A DNA stretch of 60,169 bases, filler included, from Sphacelaria rigidula (taxonomy: Eukaryota), in the NCBI GenBank assembly GCA_964200075.2. It is 9 parts of 9 records of this genome, joined end to end, with 100 filler letters (N's around TTAATTAATTAA, not from the genome) between each part and the next. Parts side by side here need not be neighbours in the genome. Positions count along the whole stretch, not along the records: positions 46,879 to 53,474 come from CAXNAA020019153.1; positions 53,575 to 60,169 come from CAXNAA020019154.1; 7 more parts are not named here. One strand, 5' to 3'. Of this stretch, positions 48,682-60,169 are shown in pieces. Under the pieces are notes generated by a model. It saw nothing but the letters and a program-made list of their open reading frames with translations, did no database searches and had not been told where the DNA came from. The position numbers and the translations under genes are program-made. How positions within the stretch are numbered: the first letter of the stretch is position 1; each line of letters opens with the position of its first letter.

Positions 48682-49929
48682 GTCGGTACGATACGAACGA
48701 TGCTTGCTCTCTTTACCGTTGTCGCCCCTTTTTTTCACCAGTGAAACACGAGCCCAAACCCAGCTAGCTTGCTGCGCTTGGGTACTGGCTGTCTATACCC
48801 TAGCGCCCACCATACAGTACCGCTAGCCCGTGATTCTCCTTGCAATCTGGCAGGATCACGTTGCTGTACCCTGTAAGGAGAACGCTCGTAGGACATTTTG
48901 CTTGGTTCATGTACTGTAGTACATTGTGATGTTGGCAGGGGTTCTCTTGGTACCACGGAGAGGCGGACTGCGCAGCACGCATCACCAACCGGTGTTTGAT
49001 GGCCTTTTGACGTTTGCTTCACTGCGAACGGAGTGGCGTTCGATGTGCCATTTTCTTGTCGCACTTTTGTTTTCCACTCACTTCCTGTGGGGGAGTCTGT
49101 AGTCTGAAGCGACCGAGCCGCATTTTTCCCGGTACACGCGTTTTGCACTTCGTCGTCGAGAATAGGATCGCATTTGCTATCGCCCGATCCGACGTTAGAA
49201 CGTCCCTTCCTTTCTCTCACACAACACAGGTGGAATGAAACGAATAAAACAACGTTGTGAAGAAGATGTGTTTGTTCTATGCAGAAGATAGCGGAATATA
49301 ACTCGGTTTATCACCCCCCCCTTTCCCCTCATTGAGCATCTTTGCTGCGTTAGGGGAGAGGCTTCCAGGAGAAATATTATTCGCCGGCTGGCGGTGATAA
49401 CTTTCCTTCCCTTTTCCGTCCAGATTCTTCAGTCTGTCAGTTTTTGCCTGTGGCTGCCACCTCCACATATAATGCTATCGTGGAAGGTTTCCGCACTACA
49501 TGTACAATGGTACGCTTAGCGTACTAGAGTTATGTTGTGTCCCCCAACAGTGTTGTGACTAGGTCAACTCTCGCGAATCGATTTTTATCCTGCGGTGATG
49601 GCGGTCAGCTTCGAACTCTGGACCGTTTTGCAAGATGACCCTATTTTGATGAAAATATGCGTTCTAAAAGTTCATCTTCTGCAGACCCTTGCGGAGCATT
49701 TTCCGCCCCTTCGAAAGCTATCCTCCGCCACAGAGGGTCGAAAAAAAAAAAATTCAAACAACGTATCCCTCTACTATCGTGGTCACCCTGTATCCGTCAT
49801 CTTCCCAAAAACCAATAGGGAGTTGACGAGGTCTCGTCCATCGGAGGGTTGACAAGCGTCGCGGGCTTGATGGCGAATCAACGCAAAAATGGGTTACTGG
49901 TGGTGGATGGCGAAAGCGAGTCTAGCGGG

Positions 49930-50016
49930 TGAGAGACAGAGATACAGAGACAGAGATAGAGATGGAGGTACAGAGATAGAGACAGACAGACAGACACAGA
50001 CACACACACACACACA
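49930..50016. repeat. Compound GA/CA microsatellite
   Basis: GAGACA/GAGATA units grading into (CAGA)n and (CA)n. Confidence 0.85.
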
Positions 50017-50525
50017 GGCAGAGAGCAGGCGATGGAGAAGACTGCACGCGTGTGCTATCAGTTTTGTCGTGTCGACCACCGGTAGATTGGTCCAGAAATT
50101 GGTGTATCGTACCGTTGGATACGACTGAGCTGCTCTAGTATTTATTCTTTCTAGCATTGAGATCGGTGTGAAGTCTTACTGTCGCTGTTTCCGGCGTCCG
50201 TGACTAGCGACTGTTCGCTCGGAAAATAGGCTCACCGTATTTGTCGCTGTGATTACGGATAGTATTCCAATGGTTTGCGCGGCCACCTTTGTTCAGCGAT
50301 GCATAGACAATCGCATACATGAACCACCCTCACACCACAAGCAGCTGGTTGTCGCGGGCTCGGAAGCTTGGGGGCCTTGATAGGTATGTGGGGACTCTCG
50401 AAGTCAAGAGTATGCACTGATGCGCCCTCCCCCATCTCCTCTGCTGCTTGCCTTGCTCTCCTTTGGCTCCCCCGTGACCTCATCTCTCTCTCTTGTCCTC
50501 TTCGTACTTCTCTACACAATTTCAG

Positions 50526-50610
50526 GTATCTGGATCGAATGGAAGACCTGCTCGCAGTCGATGACTTTGACGCCATACCTCGATGGGACGGGAGGGAATA
50601 TTTTGCTGAG
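50526..50610 (+). CDS. Probable exon of the WD40 gene
   Basis: Strong polypyrimidine tract with CAG acceptor and GAG|GTATGT donor; YLDRMEDLLAVDDFDAIPRWDGREYFAE. The phase implies an unlocated exon upstream. Confidence 0.6.
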
Positions 50611-51212
50611 GTATGTGTGGGGAGCGAACGAAGCACTGTACGCGAATGAGGCTTGTTTTATGGCGAGGGAGGAACTAATGAGAGTTTTTAAATGCCCTTC
50701 TCTAGAAATCGGCTTTCATTCATTCGCTTCACACCACAAAAGCACTGCTGTACAGGTTACAAAAACAACAGACGAGTGATGCTACGGTAGAGTTGCACTT
50801 TTTGAGCGAACATGTTTCCCGGGGTGTTGGGCGAATCATTTTGAGAATCGGCATCATTTTCACTTGAAAAAGACTGAAAATGATACCGATTCACGAAAAG
50901 GCCCCTGTGTGCATCTCCATGTCCTGTCCCCGGAGATTTGGGTTGCACAGTAAGCCCCACATATTTGGGCTCCTACAAAAACAAGGCCCAGAAACAAAAA
51001 GTGCAACCCCTGTCGTAGCATTGCTCAGACATGGGCCGTCTTCCGCAACAATCTCCCGAAAATGGCTGGCCAACGCAATGAATAGCCCAACACGAATACA
51101 TGGACCCCCGTGATCACGCATGCATCGCGCACTCTCGCTCGCTAGCGACTTCTTTTCGAAACGTCCGTTCCCTTACGTGTTCTCGCGGCACAATGTTGAA
51201 ATACGCATGCAG

Positions 51213-52000
51213 GAACGTATGGGGGGCGAGGGCGGCAGCGACGATGGTTCAGATGTGGTCGCGGCAGCAAACACACCGATCTTCGGCAACGGCGGTGATG
51301 ACGCCGAGGGCTCGGTCGAAGAAGAAACGAAAGAAAAAGAGGAAAAAAATCCACATTCAAAAGAAGACAGACGCGGTGCTGCTGCTGCCGCTTCCGCGGC
51401 CGCCAAACAACCTTCCGCTGCGAAACCGTCCGCTGCGGTGAGAGAAGGGGATGTGGCGGCGGCGGGGGCGGGGGGGCGCACGGCAAAAGCGAGCGTTGTT
51501 GCTTCGACGTCGGCTGCTCCTGCTGCTGCTGACGCTCCACCGTGGCCAACAGCAGACGACAAGAACGAGGCCATGTCACTGCCGGACGCGCCGGAGAGGG
51601 ACAGTATTGGCGACGGCGTGAGCCGGGCTACCGCCGCCGCCACCGATGTTATTACTACCGCTGCCGCCGCTGCACCGAATAGAACCGGGAATAACCCCTT
51701 CACGTCGGCGTTCGTTGCTCATGATGATGCCGAAAATGCGGCATTGCCGCCGACAGCGAGTGAAAAGCTTATAATAGGTCACGCAGCTGGCGCAGAGGAG
51801 GTAGAGAAACACCCAGATGGCGTCGGTGGTGGTGACGGTGACGGTGAAGTGCAGACGAACGTGAACGGAAAGTTGGACGGGAACCGCGGTCTGGGAGACA
51901 ACGACGTGGACAAGAAGGCGCAGAAGGGGGTAGACAGCGCCGTCGCTCATCTCGAAAGCGCGGCGTCTCACTCAGTGGATTGTTTGCTGTACATTAGGTG
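51213..52000 (+). CDS. WD40 gene exon: long low-complexity insert, then SVDCLLYI
   Basis: Within a 294-codon ORF; CAG acceptor, TG|GTGAGT donor. Confidence 0.78.
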
Positions 52001-52504
52001 GTGAGTAGCGTGGACATAACCCCTCTCGGGGCAAGAGGAATACGCGAGTTTAGGAGTTCACGGAATAAGTCGTGTGCAAAGGTTCTGTTCCGCCTTTGAC
52101 CGCGGGTTGGCGCGTCGTCCCGGCGAAGTGGAGTGGTGGGGGTTCACTTGCTTGTGCTCCTGTCGGAGGGCCTCAGGCTTTTGCTGTTCTTTCGAGCTGT
52201 ATGGGCGACCACATCTTCGTGCCGACAACAATCGTACCGCCGTCCTCTCTATCTCGTGTGTAGCAGAAATGAACTCGGTGCTTGCTATAAGGTATAGGTG
52301 ATCACATCCCCCACGAATGTATTTACGTCACGTCTGCGGCGATTCGATGTTGATTCCCGTTGTTATTCCGGATCACTCGCCCTTCCTCATTATTGTTTAT
52401 TGTGTCGCATGGTCGCATTTCATCCCTTCATTGATCGCGCCGAATCCCCCTCCCCCCTGTTCCCATTCCTCTTTTCGGGATTGGTATCGGTTGACAACGA
52501 TGCT

Positions 52505-52987
52505 GTAGAACACTCCAACCACTGCGTAAGCTAAGCATCAGGTTGACCGTTTTTTTATGCGCGCTTGCGCTTTTTTGTAGTAATCGTGATGGTAGTCGAG
52601 CTAGATCATATTGTGCAGGGTGGAGAACCTTAACTCCGCGCAGAGGGGATTATCGTACTACGTGGTGCTTAAATGATGAGACACCCATGCGGCAGTGTGT
52701 ACGCCGTGGCTATCTCTGGAAGTGGAAATACCAAAAAATGAGGCAACTCATCGGTGGCTGTCATCCATACGCAAGATAATGATTCAGCACGCTTCGGACC
52801 GAACAATCTCAGCAGGATGCGGCTCGTCTTTCATCACGACTCTTTGAGCAGATCACGACGCTCCGCACTTGGTCATTGCTTTCGAGTCTGGTCCGACGAA
52901 AACACGACGCGTTCCGTCCCGGCTTTGTAGTGATGCGAGGTCAAGGGTCATGTGACTACGGCATGCAATATCATGAGTATCCCCCCC
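52505..52987 (+). repeat. Dispersed repeat family B copy (intronic)
   Basis: Colinear with 22123-22594. Confidence 0.9.
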
Positions 52988-53074
52988 TCCGCTCTCCCCA
53001 AACCGCTCCCATCCCTCACTCGGCCTCGTCCTCGCGACCGCCACCGCCACCACCACTCTCACAACACCTTGCAG

Positions 53075-53391
53075 CCACCGTATTTTGGTGAGTGGGTCGG
53101 CTTCCGGCGAGCTCCACGTATGGGACGTTGCAACGGGTACCTTCCTTTTCGGCGCCGCGGCGCGGCAGCCTGACAACGCCGGCATCAGCACCATGGCCAG
53201 CAACGAGGGGTGTTCGTCGAGCGATGGTACTCGCGAATCAGCAAGCGGCGGCGGCGGCGGCGGCGGCGGTGATGGTAGCGGCGATGGCAGCGGCGGTGCC
53301 GGTGCCGGTGCCGGTGCCGGTGACCAAGAAGTGGCCAATCTCGTCCTGTACACGGCGTCAGAGGAGGGATTCGTAAAAACGTGGAAGCTAG
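53075..53391 (+). CDS. WD40-repeat protein exon
   Basis: HRILVSGSASGELHVWDVATG ... LYTASEEGFVKTWKL; phase matches the previous donor. Confidence 0.85.
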
Positions 53392-53639
53392 GTGAGGGGA
53401 CTGTGCGGTGGATGGAAGAGGCAGAGAAGGGCGGGGGGGGGGGGGGGGGGGTGGGGTGGGGGGGGGGGGGGAAGNNNNNNNNNNNNNNNNNNNNNNNNNN
53501 NNNNNNNNNNNNNNNNNNTTAATTAATTAANNNNNNNNNNNNNNNNNNNNNNNNNNNNNNNNNNNNNNNNNNNNGGTCCGCCCCTACAAAGCCGGGACGG
53601 AGCACGCCGGATTCTCGCCGGACCAGGGTGCGGGGGGGA

Positions 53640-54650
53640 CGGGGGGGGGTGTATTTATGATCTTGCATCCCATCCTCATGAAGCCGTTGATCTCGCACCC
53701 CTACAAAGCCGGGACGGGTCACGCTCGGTTTTTGTCGGACCAGGCTCGCAACCAGCAAGCGCGAAGCACCGTGGTGTGTTCGGCGAGTCGCATGAGGGAT
53801 GACCTGCGTCTTGTGAACATTTTTCGGTCCGAAGCGTACGTATTATCTTGTACATGGATGGTAGCCTTTAATGAGTTGCTTTTTATTTTCCTGGTATGGC
53901 CCCTTCCAGAGAGGGCCACGGGTTACGCTGCCTCATGGGTGTCTCACCATTTCAACGCTGCGTAGTACGATCACCCCCTTAACTCGGAGTTGAGGTTCTC
54001 CCATCCGGCACAGTATGATCTAACTCGACCATCATGGTTACGGCAAGAAACCGCAAGCGAGAAAAAAATATGGCAACCTGGTTGCCTAGCTTACGGGGTG
54101 AAGGGCGTGTCTTACATCGTTATCAACCGACGCCAATCCTCACAGAAAGGCCACAGGAACGGGAAGGGGGAGGTGTACGCATGATCTTGCATACCATAGT
54201 CGTGAGACCATCGACCTCGCATCCCTTCAAAGATGGGACAGAGTACGCCGGGTTTTCGCCGGACCAGGCTTGCACTCAAACCACCAAGCGCGAAGCGCCG
54301 TGATGTGCTCGGCAAGTCGCACGAAGGGTAACCTGCACCCTCATAAGATTATTCTGCCCGTAGCGTACCAACGATCTAGTCCATGGATGACAAGCCTCGA
54401 GTGAATTGCTTCATTTTCTGGTATCGCCACTTCCAGAGACAGCCACGGGTTACACCGCGTCACGAGTGTCTCACCATTCAAACACTACGCAGCACAACCA
54501 TCCTCTTTGCGCGGAGTTGAGGTTCTCCGCCCCACACGGTATAATCTAAATCGGCCACCATCATGGTCACCGCAAGACAAATCAAGCGTGAAAAACAAAA
54601 TGATCACCTCGTTGCCTAACTTACGCAGTGAGTGGCATGTTTTACATCGT
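53640..54650 (-). repeat. Two head-to-tail family B copies
   Basis: ~53640-54120 and ~54165-54650 are each the reverse complement of 22123-22594. Confidence 0.9.
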
Positions 54651-55495
54651 CGTTGCTAGCCGTCGCAAAACTTCAAACGGGGGGGAATCGAAAATATAGG
54701 TGATGTAATATACATCTTTTGAGGGATCTATTCAGGTTATGTTGATTTCGCGAGAAGGCTGAGTCATTTGAGCCCGTTAACCAAAATGTCCGCTGTTAGG
54801 TCAGGATGTGGGCGTGGAAGTTCGCTGTTGACGCAACATTTGTTCAGGTGGCGGGAAGGTATGCTAATGATGGATGGACATAGCTTTGTACATAGCGAAG
54901 GCAGGTGTGAAGGCGGGTGACAGGCGTTTGCTACGTAGCGATCTCGAGCGGATGATCAGGGCTGCGGTCAACGGCGCATATTTTGCCTGCAGCGGTTGAC
55001 GATGAGAAAAACCTACAGCTGCTTCGCGTCGCGTGCAGGAGGTCGTTGTGCATCCCAGTCATCAAACTGTTTGGTTAATTTTTTGGTTGGTTGGCTGATT
55101 GATTGTTCATCGCACATTGACTCACCAGCGAGGACTCTAACCATGGTCATGAGAAATACGCACTCAAGGTGAAAAAGAAAAAAAAACACTTACTTAGCGA
55201 AGATATATTTGCTCAAACAGATGACTATACTATGTATATAGGTATGCATGTATATGTATATAGGCGTCTGTTGGCTGTAGATTAAGGTACCGCAAGGGCA
55301 AAAGATGTACACATCGCATTTACTTGACGTGTGACACAACCAGGGCTATACTGTAGAGGTTTCCATTTTTTGTTGCGACTCGAGTCGACTTCATCGGGTT
55401 GTTGGTACGCACATCTTGCCAGTATTTCAGTGCCCACAGATGTAGGTTTGACTGTGAATAATGTCAGAACCGCAAAATGCCTACCGGCCGTCCAT

Positions 55496-55711
55496 TCAAG
55501 AATCCTCGTTGGATTCACAGAAGCTTACATTTTCTCTGGCCATCGTATTCCGAGCTTGTAAGAGCGCCACTCTGTGGCGAGCAAGAGTCGACCTCACAAA
55601 CATCTGTATCCTGACAACCATGTCGAGCCTGAGTCTTAGCCGTTCTTCCTCCGTCAGCCCATGGACTGTCTCTAGGCGTTCCACCTGCCTCGCCTGTTGC
55701 TGCTGCTCTAT
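55496..55711 (-). CDS. Probable last exon of an unknown protein, with an IQ-like motif
   Basis: IEQQQQARQVERLE...VVRIQMFVRSTLARHR (IQxxxRxxxxR); TAG acceptor, phase 0. Confidence 0.72.
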   Translation of the reverse strand: MEQQQQARQVERLETVHGLTEEERLRLRLDMVVRIQMFVRSTLARHRVALLQARNTMARENVSFCESNEDS

Positions 55712-56168
55712 CTAACGGGTGTTATTCGAATGGAGGATGTGGAGAAAAATGCAACAGTTAAAGATGAGGCGGGGGTGAGGGAGTGCAAGCCAAGGCAATC
55801 CGATGCCAAGAAAACATCGACTCACAGCCCGTACACTCTTATGACCCTTGACAAGTAGACCACGCACACAGGTGTTTGCACCGCAAATCAATCCCGTCAA
55901 CCCTATCATTCGACTCGCAATGCTTTTAGATGACGAATTCAGTGATGAATAATGATAAATGATGATTTGATCTAGTTGATTTCCCGCCGTGAACGAAAGA
56001 AAAAGGGCATCACAACATGGCTATCTACACACTTGGAACAATTGAAAAATATCTAGTGGTCAGTATCCTGGACTTGACCAACACAAAACGAGTACATTGC
56101 ACGCGCGAAGATGAACCTACACATACCCCCCCTCCCCCCCCTTTCCCCCCCCAAACACACACACATAC

Positions 56169-58453
56169 CTGCTCAAACTCTTCTATGTTCACCCCCTTTC
56201 CAGCAGCCCTAGCCCTATTCGCCAAGCTCTCCAATCCATCCAAAACCTCATCTGCGGGCTTATGAGCCGCCGCTTGCTTCACTCCAGGAGGCAAATCTTC
56301 TGGTTCTGTGTAATGTTGCGGCCGCATGCCGCGTACGGGATGTGGGACTGACAGTGGCGCCTGAACCATATCAACGAAGTTTCCTTCTTCTGTTGCCGAA
56401 ATCACCGAAACTTGGCTACTCGAGGTACCACCTCTTGTGTTAGAAGCGTAATCTTTGACTCTTGCCCGTTCGCCCTCAAGGACTCGCTCCGGATGATTAC
56501 AATCTTTCCTGTCGTTCAATGTTCGCCGCGTCACTTTCCCCTGCAGCAACATCTCCTTCGCTGGTGATGACGTCCCAGGGGGGTGCTCTGAAACGACTCC
56601 TGAGCGAACCAGGGTCTCTTCGGCCTCTTCGAATTCCGCACCTTGTTGTAGTCGATCAAGGTCTGCTTGCCGTCGGATCTGGGCCAATCGACCCTCTTCA
56701 TCGGCTAGCAGTTGTCGGTCCTCCTCGGCAAACACGTGAGCACGCTCCGCTTGCTCCCCTCCAAGCTTTTCCGAGAGCTTCTGATCCAACATCATTTCTT
56801 CCTCTCGTTCAGAGGCTTCCTTCTTGGATCTCAACGCGTTAATTTTCCCCTCAAGATTCGCCTCTGCCTCCGCCGAGGTTAGTGGGCATGGTAACTGGAG
56901 CGGTTGGGGGGGCACAACAACGGCGTTGCAGTCATCTGGCGGGGTCGTTGTTTGTGGGCTGTATCCCGCTGTCATCCACGTACGGGTGGTACGCTGCTCC
57001 GAGGTCGATATCGGGTCTGGTGACTGCATCGCGTCGGCAGCAGCGGGGAAAATGAAGTCAGCTTTCTGCGCTTCTGTTTCCCCGGGGGTTGTAGGACTCG
57101 CTACTGCCGCGGTATATGCTGCGTCAACCGGAGCATCATCGCTCACATCGGCCGTCGCCGGCCCACCCTGTGACAACGGGGCTACTTCAATCTGGGGCTT
57201 TGGGATGGCCTTGGTCGTGGTTGGCGCCCTGTCATCTATCCCGGCGGCATCGGGGATAGTACATATATCCCGCGCTGCTTGTGCTGGTGGAGCATCCTCA
57301 CATTTACTTGCTTCTGCTTCTGTCATTTGATTTGTCGCCCTTGGGTCCCGAATGTTTCCATCTATCGGCGAATCATGAGAACGCAGTAACGAGTGGGCGT
57401 ATCCACCCTGTTGCCCTGTCCGACCAGCATCTACACAGGATTTATTGTCATCGTCTAGGCTTCGTGCCTTGTCGACTGCTGTATTTCCAAGGGCGACGTC
57501 TTCCACCGGAGGTATATCCAACGAGTCTTTGACGACCTCTTCAGCCATGCCTTGAATGCTAGGGGTGAGCTTTCTGTCACCCTCTGACCCCGGTGGTTGC
57601 TGCTGCTGCGGGATTGTAGTGTCAGCCGGGATTCGCTCCATTGGAGCTGTGTTTGATAGTTTTGTCTGGTTTTCACCGGCATTTTGACGTCCGCTCTCCT
57701 CGTCCTTGGTCCACTGTAGCGCCGAATTGGCATTCGCAAGTTCTGCCTCAATCGGCGTAATCTCCGTCCACGCCGCATCGTTTCCATCTGACCAACCGCA
57801 CGTGTTATCAATTATATCTTCGACAGAGCTTCCAGCCCCCAGTCTTTCAGTCTCACTCCTGAGCGTTTCGGACGTCCCAGCATCTAAGAACAACTCATCA
57901 TCGGGGAAGCGAGAATTTTCTGCCCCGCCCGCTGATGACGGCGAAAGATTCATCAACGCCCCCGACGAGGTGCGTCCCCTCCGCTTATTCCTGTGATGTC
58001 GGAGAGCCACATCGAAATCTGCCACAGCCTCCCCCAGGGAAACCACACTTTCGAGAACACTTTGGTCTCTGCCCCCGCCCTCAGCATTATCCCATTCTGG
58101 ACAAGCGTCTAGAGGAACTTGTGATATTCCGCTGTTTTGTTCCCCTCCACGCTGTGCTTGCGATAGCGCGGTTCGATACTCGTTCCGTGCATCTGTTGAT
58201 CGCTGCCGTCGGGTCGTTTGGTCTTCGACACAACCCGGAGCGGTTGTCGCCCGAGGCCGTCTCCCTCTCGAATCTGGCACCACTCTTCGTGTTTGTGAAA
58301 CCCTCGCCGGCGGCGAGAGCGCTCGTGTGTCTGACCGCTCAGGAAGCTGCTCACGTATTTTCATGCCAGAGATTGGGCTGGGAGCATCAGTTCGTGAAGC
58401 ATTTTTTGGTGGCAGTTTTGTTGGAAACTCAGTCGGCGGAACGATTTTTAGAC
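56169..58453 (-). CDS. Large low-complexity / coiled-coil exon of the same gene
   Basis: 779-codon ORF; donor CAG|GTATGT at 56168. The best acceptor is CTCCAG at 58454, which is uncertain. Confidence 0.78.
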
Positions 58454-58769
58454 CTGGAGCACCGCGGACAAACGACTCTTCCTACTTCTGACCCAGGCGG
58501 GTTTATTGTGACTCTGGAGTGAATCGAACTCCAGCATTTCCGACAAACGGGACGGCAACAGGAGGAGGGCGTCTATGCAGGGGTACTGCACCCTCCCCTG
58601 ACTTGCCGGTTGAGAAATTTAATAAACCAACCGATGCAGCCACAAAACAAACTTCCAAGTAGGATATTATCACCATATGCCACGTAAGTGCAGTTCTTCG
58701 TTTTTCAACTATTAATAGCAGGAACTGTCTCTTGCTACGGTCTCACCGCGGGCAAAGGCCTATGCTCAC

Positions 58770-59180
58770 GAATCTTGCGCAAGGAAGCATAGCCATGCTG
58801 AGGTCCCGGCGGCTGCTGCTGCTGCCGCGTAACTCCCTCGGAGCCACGCGTATAGCCATCGACACAATCGCCGGCGTCACCTTCTCCATCTACCCCACCC
58901 ATTTCACGAGCCCAGTCCCGTTGGCTGCCTGGAAACCCGCTCGTGTCATGTTCCCGTCCAGATTTCCCCTGTCCTGGTTTCCCTGATGGGGATGAGTGAC
59001 GCCCGGAGTTGATCTCCCGCGTATCATCGTCCATGGACTCGCCGATCGCGTTGTCGTCATCGCCGCTATCAGCACTCTTGTTCTTGGTTCGTGCTCTCGA
59101 TCCCACAACTTCAACAGGGGGTTCCAGCTTCGCTGTCGCAATTTTCGCCGCTACAGCTTCAGTGGAGACTGCCTTCATCT
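58770..59180 (-). CDS. Upstream exon of the same gene
   Basis: MKAVSTEAVAAKIATAK...SLRKI; CAG acceptor, C|GTGAGC donor (alternative donor at 58746). Confidence 0.6.
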
Positions 59181-59513
59181 CTGCTATGTATGGGGTGTAG
59201 AAGCAATACACAAGGAGGATACATACGAATGGCAGTCCATGTCGAAAACCCTCGCCAAGACCAGAGACTTCTTCGTATCTGAGTTCTGGCTACTGTATTG
59301 AATGGAGTGACGACTTTACTTCTGAGGGAGGAACGTCCTGCACGCGGAGCCGCAGCTCTGTATCGTGTGACGGTCATTGCACAATCATGCATGTGAGGGA
59401 GACAAGGAAACTTGTGCTTCGAAGTGACCCTCTTCATACAGGAGTACACAAGATGTGCTCATGCGTACCCTGGACTTTCCCCCAAGATTACGCAATGACG
59501 CTTGGTCGCTTAC

Positions 59514-59790
59514 GTAAATTGGCGGCTATGCCAATTCTGCTCCCGCCACCTCCTCCGGGTGTGCGTTGTCGCTGTTGCCCTCTTCGGAAAAACGATTCCT
59601 CTTGTCCTCTCGGCGCGGCAAGTAGCTCCAACAACTCCGTAACGGCGACCTTACACTCCTGTCGAATTTCGTGTCCGCCTTTGACCCAGGCAACGAAGAC
59701 CCCCTCGCGACCGGCCGAGAGGGATTCAAATAGCGCCCGTTCTCCAGCGGGACCAAAGCACGAGGAACCTGTCGGACCGTTGGATTGTTG
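59514..59790 (-). CDS. Upstream exon of the same gene
   Basis: QQSNGPTG...ECKVAVTELLELL...IAANL; the phase-1 donor C|GTAAGC fits the next exon. Acceptor approximate (tandem CAG). Confidence 0.6.
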
Positions 59791-60169
59791 CTGATTATTG
59801 ACGAAGGGGGAAGAAATATATCCATCGCAATTCATCGTAGAGCATCAAGTACTGAATTTTCGACCTTATACCTCGCATGTATACGATCACAGCTGGAACG
59901 GAGTCATGACAGCGACTTCTTGCCGGCACAGATTGCGTTTCACGTGGAGGCCTTTAGTATCGCGGAACCTAGATTTAGGATATCATATTCATCTGCGATA
60001 TCCATCTGGGGCACGATGTCTACCTGGAATATGATATACATCTGGGATATGAATATCTCTGAAAGACATTCACACCTATCTAGCATATATCTGGAATGTA
60101 GATATTAATCTAGGATGTTTTCACGGTTAGGACAAATAATGTTTCGTCAGGAAATTACTTGGTTTTAGT

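Noticed and set aside
56462..58522. Plus-strand ORFs overlapping the 779-aa frame
   Set aside because: Antisense shadows of a GC-rich coding exon.

Overview
This window is not one locus. It is nine unrelated eukaryotic contigs of almost equal, descending length (6597 x6, 6596 x2, 6595 bp), joined by artificial 100-bp spacers (N44-TTAATTAATTAA-N44). Roughly 50% GC, long GT-AG introns with short exons and the repeat content suggest a stramenopile, probably a brown alga (inference). Recognisable host gene fragments: proteasome beta-7 exon 1 and SmG exon 1 (divergent, contig 2); a Ulp1/SENP C48 protease whose catalytic-His exon appears broken or missing (contig 4); the last repeat and C-terminus of a Cav/Nav-type channel with a charge-poor S4 and an atypical pore motif (contig 6); a WD40 protein (contig 8); and two large low-complexity proteins, one with an IQ motif (contigs 7 and 9). 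The rest is transposon debris: a decayed Copia element interrupted by a solo LTR with an intact TSD, a LINE, a tRNA-headed SINE, probable Merlin/IS1595-like transposase relics, several long hairpins, satellites, and an abundant set of dispersed repeats with three different bodies sharing one terminus. There is no CRISPR array, operon or prokaryotic system. I cannot support a claim of a new multi-gene system, and adjacency across the spacers carries no meaning.
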